A stretch of 63,112 nt of DNA, filler included, from Hyphochytrium catenoides (GCA_900088475.1; 6 parts of 6 records of this genome joined end to end with filler, not necessarily neighbours in it), one strand, 5' to 3'. Shown: positions 46,708-59,270, counted from the first letter of the whole stretch. Made by a program: numbers and translations. The notes: a model not told the origin generated them from the letters alone.

Positions 46708-47379
46708 TTGAAATGAGGAAGGGAATAACTAAGAAAGGAGTGTGATCGTGATGGGCATGCAGTTGTCCAATGTTCTTGAGAGTCCTAGGCATGGCAGATC
46801 TCTTTGTCTCTTCTTACGTTGTACTATTAGCGAGCTATTTATTGGGCACACACTGAATCCAGAAGGGTCGCTCAGCCGCCCGCTTAAGCTCTGCGACGAG
46901 CATGATAAATATATATATAATATATATATAAAGTTGTCGGTATGTCTCTGATGCTCTGATCAGCCCATCAACCTCACGCCCTCAGGTCCCTGTTGTCCGT
47001 TATAAAAGTGATCCCTGGACTTGCAAAAAGCATGGTCGCGGGCAGTGTATACCCGAAGAAGATAAGGAAGGACTATTATCTCCAGAAAGCTGCTATGTTA
47101 TGATGGCCCTGTAGCCCAAGCGTCTTGGAGTTGGACGTCTGCTCCCTGCTGGCTTGAGCTTGTTGATGCAGTTTCACCCTCAGATCCACGGATTTCATGC
47201 TGGCCCTCGACTCGCTAGCTGGCGGGTAGCGTCTCTTGGCACTACTACTTGATGCTGCTGCTGCGTGTGAGCATGGACTGCTGGCGGGCGTATGTGCCGC
47301 TGGTACTCACAGCTATTGGGGCCATTTGGTGAGGAAAGTGCCAAAGGTTGCTGCTCACCCATGCAGTTGGTGTCGCTGA

Positions 47380-48066
47380 TGCTGGAAGCTGCTGCTATGA
47401 CTAAGCGCTGCTGCTGACCCTCATGGTGATGCTGCCGCTGCCCGTGCTGGCGCTAATTTCGAAGCTGCTGTCAGGATTTAGTGTCGTTGCTGATCCTGAT
47501 CCTGACTGATCCTGGCCCTGGTGCTGATGCTGATGCTGCTACCGGGGCTGGTGCTGATGCTGGTGCTGGTGCCTAGGGCTGTCCTGAAAGCTGCCGTTAG
47601 GATCTGGGTGCTGCTGTGGATAGTGATCCTGGATACTGCTAGTGCTGATGCTGCTGGTGCGGTGCCGATGCTGATGCGGGACTGGTGCTAATGCTGGTAG
47701 GGGTGCTCGTGCCATCCTGAAAACTGCTGTTAGGATCTGGTGCTGCTGCGGATCCTGGTCATGATACTGCTGGTGCTGATCCTGATGGTGCTGGTGCTGA
47801 TCCTGCTGCTGCTGGTGTTGCTGCTGTTGCTGCTAGTGGTGGCTGATGCTGCTGCTGGTGCTGATCCTGATTCTGCTGATGATGATCTTTTATCTGATGC
47901 TGCTGCTGCTGCTGATCCTGATTCTGCTGGTGCTGATCCTGATGCTGCTGGTACTGCGGCTGCTGATGGTGCTGGAGCTGGGCTGATCCTGAACTTGATG
48001 CTGCTGGTGCTGGTGCTGGTGCTAGGGCTGTCCTGATCCTGGTGCTGGCGCCGCTTCCTGGTGCCG
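47380..48066. repeat. GCT/GGT/GAT triplet-based minisatellite with about 130-bp higher-order units
   Basis: The anchor motif aa(g/a)ctgcYgtYaggatYt recurs at 47462, 47588 and 47721 inside tgctgatcctga / tgctggtgctg arrays. Confidence 0.8.
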
Positions 48067-48359
48067 CTGGGCCATGACCTTTCACTTTCTTCCCTTGTCT
48101 CCTCCAAACATCCTCCACTACCGTTGGTATTCCGAATCATCTGTTGCACATACGAGACTCTTGTAACCTCGAACAATAAGACCGGTGTTTATGATCCGGA
48201 ATATCACTACTTAAGATTCGTAACCGCAGCCCTGTCATCATCCCCCCGCAGCTGTCCATTCTCCTTCCTTTTGCTCTTCTTCCTCCCTGCCTCCCCGTCC
48301 GTCCTCCGACACCCGTCAGTCATCCTGGCAATCCACCCTTTCTTTTCTCTCTCTCTCTC

Positions 48360-48459
48360 NNNNNNNNNNNNNNNNNNNNNNNNNNNNNNNNNNNNNNNNN
48401 NNNTTAATTAATTAANNNNNNNNNNNNNNNNNNNNNNNNNNNNNNNNNNNNNNNNNNNN
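48360..48459. other. Artificial contig linker N44-TTAATTAATTAA-N44
   Basis: Same spacer structure. Confidence 0.97.
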
Positions 48460-48889
48460 GGGGCGGGGGGCCCTGTGAATGAGACAACCAAAAACAGCAG
48501 CAGCAGCATAACACTCTTTCGTTTCCATCACCCCAGACCTGTCACCCTTACCACCACATTCACTTTGACCCTCGGAGAACCGGCATCATCATCATCATCA
48601 CCACTTGTTTCCATCCTTCTCTCCATTTATTTTTATACTCGTCCTACTACAACTTTGTTTTTACAAGAAAAAAGAATAAAAAATAATGTGTAGCGAAGTC
48701 TGGTTGTTGGAGAATATTCAAGAGGCATCGTAGTACAGGGAGGAGGTAGGGTAACAACCCGTGATCCACCATCGAAAGTCTTCAAGCACCCGTTTCTCAC
48801 CACCTCTTACTTCGCCTCAACAATGCAGTTTCACCGGAGGTTACTCCTTCGTCTTGTCAACGCTCCTCGCTCCTCCGAGACTACCATAT

Positions 48890-49630
48890 TAGATCTTTAT
48901 TCATTATGGAATGATAAGGCGACGCCGAAATGCCTACAACGGTAGCCAATCTGTTGTTATCTGTTGTTGTCCAGCTAGAGGTGGTTGTGGCGGAGGCGGG
49001 TAGTGAGATAGAGGGCGGGTGGTGCACCGTTCTATTGTAAACCAAAGGAGGGTCAACAAGGAGTAAAGGCTTTACCGCCAGCGAAGCGACTACACTGACC
49101 ACTAGCAGCTCTTACCCTTTATAGTCGGGTACAGGAAGTAAGAAGCAAGCTTTTAGAATAAGGAAACCTTACCGTCCTCGTCCTCCCAACTGCCATTATA
49201 ATAAGTAAAAGAACGAAACTTTGCCTGTGCTGACCGTTATATTCTCTCCTCATTAACTCAGCTCCCCTGCTTACTGCTGTTCAATACTACTACGACGGGA
49301 GACTGCCAACCGAAAGGTCTTTCCCTCCCACCAGACTGCAAATCCCAAACACATTCAGCCGCGGCTTGCACAGTCTGCCACTGGAAGTGTTGGAATTGGA
49401 GATACAGCTCACCCTTCCTGTAACGGATGGTTAACGACAAGGAGACCCGGTAGATAACACCAGAAGACTCTAGCGAAAGCTTTACGGAGTATGGAGATTG
49501 TCGTCGTTTGATAAACACAGTCTTGGTCACCCATTTGTTAGGACTTGTTGAAGGATTAGGACTTTGACACCTAACCAGCAGGCTATGATAGGCAGCCGGG
49601 ATTATGCTTTTCATAGCAAGAACTGTCTCA
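48890..49630 (+). mobile_element. Decayed non-LTR retrotransposon reverse transcriptase fragment
   Basis: Ordered degenerate RT motifs across frames: LWNDKATP (~IW..G.IP), TVLL*TKGG (~TVLIYKKG) at 49026, RNFACADRYIL..LPCLLLF (~RSCADHIF..PLYLLF.D), ATGSVGIGD..PVTDG*RQGDP (~GVRQGDP) at 49429-49449, INTVLVTHLL (~ING..ITHLLFADD), AAGIMLFIART (~GL.IN..KT). Confidence 0.6.
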
Positions 49631-51194
49631 ACTCCTTGACTTTGACACAAGCATACAAGGATTTGCTCTGGGTATTATAGACAGACTTGTCAGGAGCCTT
49701 CCTAGTCCTGCAGAGGAGGTGCAAGTATCAAGTCAACAGCAGGAATGTGTCAGAGCTCAGAAGTTTTTTCTCTCCTCTCACCCCTTACTCTATGGGCTCC
49801 TTCTTGGTCTTGCTTTGCGCTATCTGATCTTATATGCATGTTTAGAGTAGAGCCTTAGGATAAGAGGCTTGCGCTTCTTCCTTATGCATGTTTTTTTTAT
49901 TAAAAAAAAAAACAATAATGAGAAGAGACTCTCAGTCTCGCTTTTCTCATCTACAGAGAACACATTCTTATCGCGGACAGGACCTGCTGTCGCGCTTAGC
50001 GAAGACTCACAGACACTCGTGTTACTGACTTTACTTTCACTGAGTTCAAATACTTTCTCGTGACTAGGTTATCTTTCTCTGTGACTTTATGTAGTATGAG
50101 AAACTGACGCAGATCTCAAGAGAGTGAGAGAGAGAGAAGGTGCTCTGTCTGTACCTTGGCTGGCCAGGCCTCAGTTCAGACAAGCACCACGCAGAGGAAG
50201 ACTTCGCAGGAACACACGCAAGTAGCAAAGGGTCTTCTATTTCAGAAAGAAGTTTATTAACTAAGATGTAGAGGTTGAGAGGGAATCTCCCTTGCGAGAG
50301 AGTCAGTCTATCTGAGTATGCAAAGATAAAAGAGCAACATGCAAGAGAAGTAAAGTCAACAGGCTATCTTAATAACATGCAAAGAGAAAGATGAGAGAAA
50401 GGGAAAAGGAAGAGTGCATCCTTCGTCAGAGCCATTCGTTGATGACTCTAGTCGGGACTACCCGTCCTGATAGTGCTTTCCAAGAGAAGAGGTCCCATCC
50501 CATACACCGGTCGGGTCCAGAGCGATAGCAGCCGGCTGGGGAGATATACATATAACACTTTATATCTCACCGCAAGGGGCGGGGCAGCATGGTTCCCGCT
50601 TACCTTCATTCACTCGACCACCCATACAAGTTCTACATCCTAAAAAAAAAGTTCTACTCAGTTCCAAAACTGTTAGTAGTCTAAATACTGTACAGTAACT
50701 GTTTTTTATAAGAAAAAGAGTTAATAAATTCAATAGGCAGAACCAAGTGTCATCAATGATTGTATCGATCTCCCTACGAAGAGGAGGGGGTTGGAGTTCC
50801 CACGTCGCAAGGTGAGGAAGGCGCTTCCAAGTCAGTCATCAGTGCAGAAGCTGCTTCTTTTACCCGCCTACCCTCACCTTTATCTTTGTACTTTAGTCTG
50901 TAGCAGCAGTATCTAGTCTAGCTAACGGGGCAAGTTCCTCCTACCGCGCGTCCAACATTGCCGGCGCCGGAGCTTGCCCAGAGCCACTAATAATGTACCA
51001 TCAATTGCCCCCTACCTCACTCCATGGACTTACTCATTGCTCACTGCTCTTGCTGCTCGAGACTTCGGACGGTCGAGACTTAGCGTCGGCGCAGGGAACT
51101 GTTGTTTGTACCTCCTCCAACCTTGCAGGTACAAAGCATCTGCATTGTATAGCAGCCAGCCAGGTGGGCCTCCACCCCTTTCCCCACTCCCCTT

Positions 51195-51294
51195 NNNNNN
51201 NNNNNNNNNNNNNNNNNNNNNNNNNNNNNNNNNNNNNNTTAATTAATTAANNNNNNNNNNNNNNNNNNNNNNNNNNNNNNNNNNNNNNNNNNNN
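51195..51294. other. Artificial contig linker N44-TTAATTAATTAA-N44
   Basis: Same spacer structure. Confidence 0.97.
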
Positions 51295-52249
51295 CGTGAA
51301 AGAGTGATAAGAAGACTGCAACCACGCTATTGAAGGGACTAGTTCCTAAGTGCCAGGGCGACGACTTTATGTGCGTGGAAGGAATGGCAGGATCTCCTTC
51401 AGGAGGTCGCTCGAAGCGCAACCTCAAGTGAGTGCTGTAGAGCACGATGGGAAGAACGAAGGCAGAGGAGGAGAGAACGAGACCTATTCCTTCGAGGGGA
51501 AGAGGGACAAGGAGGAGGAGGAGGCATCGAATTGTGAGAAGCGAGGAGTCTGTCCTCCTCACTCAGTGGCCGTACTCTAGGAATACTAAGGAGGAGGGCA
51601 AGAGGAAGAACGAAGGGAGAGGGACGGATAAAGCAATGTCTTTTATGTCTATCATCCATCGGAAGGTAGCGCTGTTTGTTATTCACCACAGTGTCCTTTC
51701 ACTTTCCTTCATGGAGCGGTTACTGGCTAGGGCAGCTGATCCATGACTTGGATGATTGTTTGATGATGAATTTCTTCAACCACAACGCGAACGGAAGGCA
51801 GTCTGTGGGTGACCTAACCGTTACCTCTAGGAGCGGTGGGCCATTGTGAACCTTGTTAAATATAGAATAATGTCACATACGGATAAGAAAGAAGAAAAAA
51901 CTTCCGCAAAGAATCTCATCCTCAATAATGAAAATCACCGGTGGAAATAAACGATCACAATTAATGATGACATTGCTGCTGCTTCGCTTCTTGTTGCAGA
52001 GAAAAGGAAAAGGTTCGGCCCCACGACAAGAACCCAGGAAGTGAAAGAATATATAAGCCGTCAAGAAGACGAAGGGTGAGATATATTCTATTGCCATAGG
52101 TGGATGAGAACATATAAGTTCCAAGGATGGAGAAGGCTGGACCTCTTTGACGACTTTGCTGGGGCAAGGAGGCAGGTTACCATTACTACGTGATGGTTGT
52201 GTACTACGTGTACTGCGTGCGCCTGATGGTGCTGAGGAGACCTCCCCTG

Positions 52250-52325
52250 CCTACCACTACTACGGTTACTACTACACACTACTAATCACTACTGCCACTA
52301 CTACTCTACTTGCTACCGCTACTAC
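52250..52325 (+). repeat. Imperfect (ACT)n microsatellite
   Basis: Run of actact/actacc/actgcc units. Confidence 0.75.
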
Positions 52326-54494
52326 GTGCCATAATGGGAGAGTGGAGGGTGGGGTACAGGAATCTGATACTCCCGTTGGCCCACAACATCAGCGTTGATG
52401 CTGCAGCTTCTCGAGATCTCCGTAACTGCTGCGATGCTCGTGACGATCTGCCTGCTCACTTTCTCCTTCGTCGACAGCTGGTGGAAGGAAGGTTGAGTCT
52501 TCTCTCCGTTGTTCCTTGAAGTGATGCTCATCGCCTTTGCCCTTCCTCTCTTCTTCACCATCTTCTTCCCTTCTCTACGTTATTACTACTACTACGCCTG
52601 CTAGTTACTTGCTGCTCAGGCTGAATCACTGCTAGCTTGTTGGATCCACCGTGACTATTACTAGCAAAAGCCACGGAACCTTCTTCTGTTATGGCGGTGT
52701 TGTTGTGAATCTTTGGAGTGTTTGCAATGAGGGAGGTGTGGGCAGTTCCTTCTTTTTCCCCATCCGGAACAACCATTATCCAACATACCGCTTTACTTAA
52801 GCGGGATGATTGTCCCGTACCTACCCTGGATCATGGGAAAGAAGAAGGATCAGATATAGTCGAGGAAAGAGGACGTCGAGGTAGTGGAGCAGGAGGAGAG
52901 TTTAAGGGCACACAGAAGGATGATTAGAAGAACAGGAAGGAGGAATGCTGCTTATGCTATGCTGCTACGTCGTGTCAGATAATAGTTTATTTCTTCTAAT
53001 TGATGGCTGGATGGGTGGTGAGGCCTCCAGTGAGGTTACATTGACACCGCCCCCTTGGGGAGCCCTGCCCCTTGTCGGTCACTGCCCCTGCCTAAAGGGA
53101 GGAGGTAGTGGTGCTGGGGTTGGGTCATCATGATGCCCTAGGTAGGCTAGACTCTCGGTGGTGGTGCGCCAGGTTCGTTGCTGGCCTCCCGTGTCTGATC
53201 TCTCTTCTCTCCATTTATCGCTCTTCTCCGTCTTCTTGTCGTTTTGAGCCTATTATAGGGCATGATGCTTTCTAGGGCTCCCCTTACCTATACTCTAATG
53301 TTACATAACGACGTTCTTGGAGATCATCCTGCGCTGTGGCGGCCGTTGTTATCTCCCCCGATTGGTGCTTCAGCTGTTATAATTAGTGGGTTAGGAGGAG
53401 GACGCTCTGGTTGCTGCTCTTGCTGTGGTCGGACTCGTCTCTGAAGAAAGAAATCCGTTATGCGGTGGTGTGTCCCACTTGTTGCTGCTGGCGGTTGTTG
53501 TCGTCTGCCACGTTGGCGACCTATCACTTGTGTGGCTCTTCTCCCTGTCCCTTCCGCTCTTGTCCTTCTATCGTTCCTCGTCGTCGCGTTTCTGTCTTCT
53601 GGGGCTTCGTTGAGGAGTAAGGCTGAGGTAATGGTCCCTCTTGCACTCGGGGTCAGATAATAATATATACATACGCCGCCAATTCAACATGACCGCGGTC
53701 AACAACTGACAGCAGCACGCACGACTTACGGTCCTCGATAACGTTTGTTGATGAGGTTACGGCCGCTGCCATCTTTATTGCCAGCTGCGAGTGGTAGAAG
53801 TAAGGCCGTCTTGGGCTGCTAATGCTACTAAGGTAGTTCTTCATCTTTTTAATAGCAGCAAAGAGGAACTGCTGCCTGGTGGTGGAAGAANNNNNNNNNN
53901 NNNNNNNNNNNNNNNNNNNNNNNNNNNNNNNNNNNNNNNNNNNNNNNAGAGAGAAGTTCTTCCTCCTACCAGAAATTATACTGCCGCCGACAAGTTCCAG
54001 AAAGTTGTTGTTGAGTAGGCGGAGTTATCTATAAAAAAAGACGCGTAGTGGTGGTTAGATCGTGCCTGGGTGGTAGAAAAAAACCGGTAGCTCATCATCA
54101 TGATCTCCATATACATCATCATTCTAGTCAGCCAGCACAGATTTCAGTCGAGTACGTAAGTCTTTTTGTTACAGCCTGCTCAATAGGAATAGTAGATACT
54201 TCAGGAGAAGGCCACATTCAATCGTCAGTCAGATGGATTGGCAATAATAACAACAAATTGGAAGTTTCCGTTCCAAAAAGCCTAGGAGGATTACTACCAA
54301 AAGTGTCAGTGAACCAGATCGGCTGCCAAGGATGGAATGCTTTGGTTTGTACTGTAAACCCTACCTCCTTCCCTATCATTGTTGTTGCTGCACTGCTCCT
54401 GCTGCTGCTTTTTTAGGCTTTGCGCGGTAAGATGCGCTCGTCCTTTACCATTATCATATTCCTCCATTGCATTGTTAATGCCGTCACATCCCTA

Positions 54495-54805
54495 TACCCA
54501 TTGTCCCTTGTTGTGCTCGTGTAAAAACTACTTGAAAGCACGTCGGTCATGACGACTTCCTTCAGCGGCCTGCTGCTGTATATGAAGACAGGACAGCTGC
54601 TTACAGCACCTTACTTTTTCCATCCTATTTGACCTTATTTGTGTTGTCTTAGCTCCTTTCGTCATCTTCATGTTAGAATGCAAACAGAATGCATACTCCT
54701 TTCCATCTCAAAATATGCCGACCTCGCGGAGATTAATGAGTTGTCAAGAGAATGGATACATTATAGAAGTGATACACCTTTTCTGACACTGGTCTATTGG
54801 GACGA
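54495..54805 (+). mobile_element. Possible decayed C-terminus (zinc knuckle + restriction-like endonuclease) of an REL-type non-LTR element (HERO/NeSL/R2-like)
   Basis: Frameshifted CPL(C)ARVKTT*KHV..HDDFLQR (~CPLC...TLEHIL..RHD.VL), then FDLI...VIFMLE...NAY..SKYADLAE..CQENGY.IEV (~PDIV...LIELT..A..RK..KY.DL..C...GW). Confidence 0.4.
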
Positions 54806-56084
54806 GCATCTTATATAACTACTAGCTGTCGTTGACTTCGAAGTACTACCACCACGACGTAAAGCAACCTCATGCAGCAATCGCAATCACCTTCTCCCAA
54901 ACAACCAACAGCAGCGAAGAGGTCCTCAATGCAGAGCTCTCTTTACCAGACTCAGATAGTAACAGCACCACCAAAGAAAGGAGAAGACAGTGATTCTCTA
55001 AACAAGCTAGCCGTCGCTTCCAGATTATTAGATTTTACGATAACGTTGAGGCCTCGGGTTGAAAGAGATAATGATGGAGGTTACACCCAAAAACCGGAAG
55101 CCAAGTAGTCATTGTGGTACGATGGAATAAAGACGCCGCAACAAAATATCAAAGGGTTTTCGGAGGTCACAGAAGTATAGGTCCAAATATTGCTTCTTTG
55201 GACGTAATGTGATGGCACTTGAGCTCACAATCTGTTGTCACTCCTCGTTATAGGTGCAGTAAGATACTAACTGATGAGGTTCGAAGTGCTACAATGATCA
55301 TCATCCACGACTTCAAAAAAAAAACAGCTACAGTTTCTAGTTATTATCTCTCTGCGAAGAAGGACGTCCTAATGTGGACGGCCTGCTAGGAACAATGGCA
55401 AGCGGGAGAAGTAGTGATTGTTGTTGTGTGCACCAGGTTTCTGCAGAGCAAAAAGACAATATGTATCAATGGTTGATGGACCGACGATGAGGGCATGGAC
55501 TTGAAGAGAAAGCCCAAATGTAAGTATTTCGGACGGCCCATGTGACGGAGGACAGCTCCGTGATGAGTGATGATGACCGGGGAGAAGGTCCTCGGCTAAG
55601 AAAGCGAGAGGAGTGCTTTTGATGACATATGGTGATGCCTGCCTTTCGACGACAAACAAGAACCCCCACACTAGCACTAAATTGGAAGAAGAAATGGTAA
55701 ATTTTGACTTGCTGTAACATAAGAAAAGGCACAAATCGAGCAACAATGAGGCGTTCTGACGGACATCATCTCGTCGGGAGTAGGTAGCTCGTACCCCTCA
55801 GATGTTACTGCAAGATGAGCGATGATGATGTGGTTTGAAATATTTACCCTGACCATCCACAATTTACTTCCTGGTCGTAAACTTGCTTGCTTGGGCCTCC
55901 CTCTTATTGGTTCTCACGGTAAGAACAACATTAATGGTACACGTCGAGCCCCGCCTGCTGCTTCAAACCCTGCCTCTTCCTCTCAATGGTAGAGAAGTGA
56001 TGGCTGTGGCAAAAGTGTCTCATTTCGGTGGCGGTGTATCACAGCCCGCGGTGTCCTTTCTGCAGTAAGAATTCTTACTCACTT

Positions 56085-56140
56085 TAAATTCTTCCTCAGA
56101 ATTATTGCAGTATAAATTCTTCCTCAGAATTATTGCAGTA
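56085..56140 (+). repeat. Exact 28-bp tandem duplication
   Basis: taaattcttcctcagaattattgcagta x2. Confidence 0.95.
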
Positions 56141-57076
56141 GCGGGAGCGCAAAAGGGATGATAAATAAGAAGCTGTAGCTGGCTGTGGGGGTTTCATGCC
56201 ATAAATATCAATCATTTGCATGTTGACCTACCATTACTCCACGCCCCTCCTACCGCCGCAAATTACACAACGTTCGCCCACTTATGACGTTAAACAACCT
56301 CCAAATGTAAGTTATTGTTTGACATTCGGGGAATTGGGGTGTTGGAATCTCTTGTGAAAAAGGGAATTCATGACGTGCATGCTAATATAATATAAACCGT
56401 ATTGACTCTGAACGTGACACCACATTTAATGGGATGGATGCACCAAACTTGGTGAAAGGCAATTCAATCAAGCTGTCTCTTTGCCGCCGCGGGCACCACC
56501 GTCGTCCTGCTGCTCGCTGCTCTGTCGGCTATTGCATCGGCGCCTCCTATTGAAATAAATATCGCAGAAACTTTCTGCGTGGGACCTCTACTGTACCATA
56601 TCAAGAAGAAGCTGAGAGACGACAATTCTTCTGGCGTTTCATGGTTCGCTTAGTGTTAATGGACAACCGTGTCGTCTTCTGAGGAATGATAAAGATAAGC
56701 AGCAACAGCAGGAAAGAGAAAGAAAGACAGCTAAGAAGATGGCTGGCTCCGGCTTCAGAAGGTCTAGCAGCTGTAGTTAGCGCTCTGAAACATGCAAGCC
56801 TTAATAGGATATACCGGGGAATGCATATTTTAGCTCACTGATGATTACAGTCAACTCACCACTGACGTCCCTTATTAACAAGTTATAGATTGTGATCATG
56901 ACTTCTTCTCGAGGAGGAGGCCTTTCATTCCTCTCAAACGTCAACATCACCCGATTCGGCTTGTGCTCTCTTCCTTCAACAGCCACCGGCGCTTTTTGTG
57001 GTTGGGCCCTTTGCTTGCATAGGAAGAACTGCCGTTTTCTTTCCCTTGTTCTTTCGCTTCCAGCAGCACCAGTGTG

Positions 57077-57124
57077 AGCCATCTGGAATGACCTGTCATT
57101 AGCTATCTGGAATGACCTGTCATT
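57077..57124 (+). repeat. 24-bp tandem duplication containing the palindrome AATGAC-ct-GTCATT
   Basis: agc(c/t)atctggaatgacctgtcatt x2. Confidence 0.9.
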
Positions 57125-57488
57125 GTTGGCAGAGCTGGGACTGTATAACTCTATGTAAGCCTGGGTAGGCCGTCAAAACCGTGACAATTCCTCATTATTT
57201 TTGTAAAAGTTACCAAGAGAACCCATTTACTATCAGCATTTTTGATAAAAACTTTCCTTTTCCTATCTGTTGAGCGCACCGTCATCACTTCAGGCGGAAA
57301 GGCTAATACATAATTCCCCAAATGTCAGAATCTATGCGCGTAGGAGCATTCGCCACTGGTAATGTCACCCCTATCTTCAAATCCGTCACCTATACGCCTT
57401 TTGATGTATGGGATTTGGAGACAATAATATTGAGTTCTGCTCGGCTTATAAGTCAGAAAGGGTAGTCTCTAGATTGTGGGACCCTACT

Positions 57489-57557
57489 GCATTTAGGATT
57501 TGAACCCAGGACCTCTGTCTTTGATGCCGACACCCTAACCAGTATGCACCATACCCC
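57489..57557 (-). mobile_element. tRNA-derived SINE head or tRNA pseudogene
   Basis: The minus strand reads GGGGTATGGTGCATACTGGTTAGGGTGTCGGCATCAAAGACAGAGGTCCTGGGTTCAAATCCTAAATGC. It has an A-box-like TGGTGCATACTGG and a perfect B box GGTTCAAATCC at tRNA spacing, but the acceptor stem does not pair. Confidence 0.55.
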
Positions 57558-57882
57558 AAACGTACTCTTGACTAATCTCCGTTTTTGTTTATATACCAGG
57601 GATTTTCCCCTCTGCGTCGTCCGCTGTACACTTTTTGGTTTCAGCGTCGATCACAGTTCAACATAGAGTATCCGGGAAGTGTACAGAGCTAGACACTCTT
57701 CTCTGTTCATCAGCCATAATACGGTTGATGGCCTCATTTGCAGGCAGAGAGGAAGTCCCTAGGACGTACAGGTGGCTCACTATAGAGCCAAAGGAGGGAG
57801 GGAGGCTTTGGAGAACTGAAGAGTTCAGGATTGTCTCATAAATGTCCTGCTGGTTCTCTTTCTTCTTTCTCCTTTCGAAGAT

Positions 57883-57982
57883 NNNNNNNNNNNNNNNNNN
57901 NNNNNNNNNNNNNNNNNNNNNNNNNNTTAATTAATTAANNNNNNNNNNNNNNNNNNNNNNNNNNNNNNNNNNNNNNNNNNNN
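57883..57982. other. Artificial contig linker N44-TTAATTAATTAA-N44
   Basis: Same spacer structure. Confidence 0.97.
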
Positions 57983-58804
57983 GGATTAAAACTATTTGTT
58001 AAAGAAACTATTTTACCAAGCCATGCAAACATCCTTTTATTTGTGTTTGCTCCAGTTTTGACTTTTTTTTTAAGTATTACAAGCTGGTCAGTAATACCTT
58101 TTACAAAAGATGCAAATTATGTAGATTCTGATTTAGGTATTTTGTTTTTATTTGCTATGTCTTCTTTAGGTGTTTATGGTATTATTATTGCAGGTTGGGC
58201 AAGTAATTCAAAATATGCTTTCTTAGGAGCACTTCGATCTACAGCACAAATGATTTCATATGAAATTTCTATGGCATTTGTTCTTGTCAACATAATGCAG
58301 TTTACTGGTTCATTAAATTTATCTAAAATTATTGAAACTCAGAAACAAGGCTTTTTTTTTTATTATCTTTTTCCATTATTTTTAATGTTTATTATTACGA
58401 TGCTAGCTGAAACAAATAGACATCCTTTTGATTTGCCTGAAGCGGAAGCTGAACTTGTTGCAGGTTATAATGTAGAATATTCTTCTATGGGATTTGCTTT
58501 ATTTTTTTTGGGAGAATATTCAAATATGATTTTAATGAGTGCTTTTTGTTCCATATTGTTTTTAGGTGGATGGTTACCCCTTTTTAATATATTTCCTTTT
58601 ACCTGGATTCCAGGTTGTAGCTGGCTTGCATTAAAAACAATATGTTTTTTAATTCTTTTTATTTGGGTTCGGGCAGCATTTCCTCGTTATCGTTATGACC
58701 AATTAATGAAATTAGGTTGGAAAGTTCACTTACCGACTGCCATGGGCTACACAATGATTACCTCTTCAATGATTGTAACAATATTTACAATTCAACTTTC
58801 ATAA
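57983..58804 (+). CDS. nad1: Mitochondrial NADH dehydrogenase subunit 1 (5'-truncated by contig end)
   Basis: GLKLFVKE.., [65 protein letters not shown]-rich. Confidence 0.97.
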   Translation, partial: GLKLFVKETILPSHANILLFVFAPVLTFFLSITSWSVIPFTKDANYVDSDLGILFLFAMSSLGVYGIIIAGWASNSKYAFLGALRSTAQMISYEISMAFVLVNIMQFTGSLNLSKIIETQKQGFFFYYLFPLFLMFIITMLAETNRHPFDLPEAEAELVAGYNVEYSSMGFALFFLGEYSNMILMSAFCSILFLGGWLPLFNIFPFTWIPGCSWLALKTICFLILFIWVRAAFPRYRYDQLMKLGWKVHLPTAMGYTMITSSMIVTIFTIQLS

Positions 58805-58824
58805 TTTTATATAAAAAAACCACG

Positions 58825-59139
58825 ATGATTCTTTTGAGACTTCTTAGAAAATGTATAACACTTTCCATTATATTATTTGTAATTGGGGTGTTAGGTATAG
58901 TTTTTAATCGTAAAAGTATTCTTGCAACTCTAATGGCTATTGAAATTATGCTTTTAGCTGTAAATTTAAATTTAATTGCAAGTTCAATTCTCTTAAATAA
59001 TTTATATGGTCAAATTTTTTCTCTTTTTGTTATTACTGTCGCTGCAGCAGAATCTGCCATTGGTTTAGCTATTTTAGTAGTATATGCAAAAACAAGAGGG
59101 AATATTTCCATTGATGAGATGTGTTTATTAAAAGCATAA
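58825..59139 (+). CDS. nad4L: Mitochondrial NADH dehydrogenase subunit 4L
   Basis: LFVIGVLGI.FNRK..LMAIEIMLLAVN..GQIFSLF.ITVAAAESAIGLAILV...RG. ATG at 58825. Confidence 0.95.
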   Translation: MILLRLLRKCITLSIILFVIGVLGIVFNRKSILATLMAIEIMLLAVNLNLIASSILLNNLYGQIFSLFVITVAAAESAIGLAILVVYAKTRGNISIDEMCLLKA

Positions 59140-59195
59140 TTTTGTTATAATCAAACATTCAGCTGTCGTTACAATAAAATTATTGAAATCTTACA

Positions 59196-59268
59196 AGGTG
59201 TATAGCTCAGTTGGTAGAGCATCAGACTTTTAATTTGAACGTCTTGGGTTCGATCCCCAATGCACCTA
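59196..59268 (+). tRNA. trnK: Mitochondrial tRNA-Lys(UUU)
   Basis: Full cloverleaf: acceptor AGGTGTA/TGCACCT, anticodon loop CTTTTAA, T loop TTCGATC. Confidence 0.95.
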
Positions 59269-59270
59269 AA

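Noticed and set aside
50500-50600. Cluster of short stems that might be a ribozyme
   Set aside because: No hammerhead core (CUGAUGA/GAAA) and no convincing HDV pseudoknot could be built by eye.
53324-53527. HHRITDFF, similar to a PCNA-binding PIP box, in a short minus-strand ORF
   Set aside because: It lacks the Gln, the ORF is short, and there is no supporting gene structure.
56085-57124. Direct repeats of CRISPR-like length
   Set aside because: Only two adjacent copies each with no spacers, no cas genes, and a eukaryotic context.
58717-58824. N-terminal extension of nad4L overlapping nad1 in the ORF track
   Set aside because: Artefact of an alternative start codon. The ATG at 58825 gives a normal-length Nad4L.
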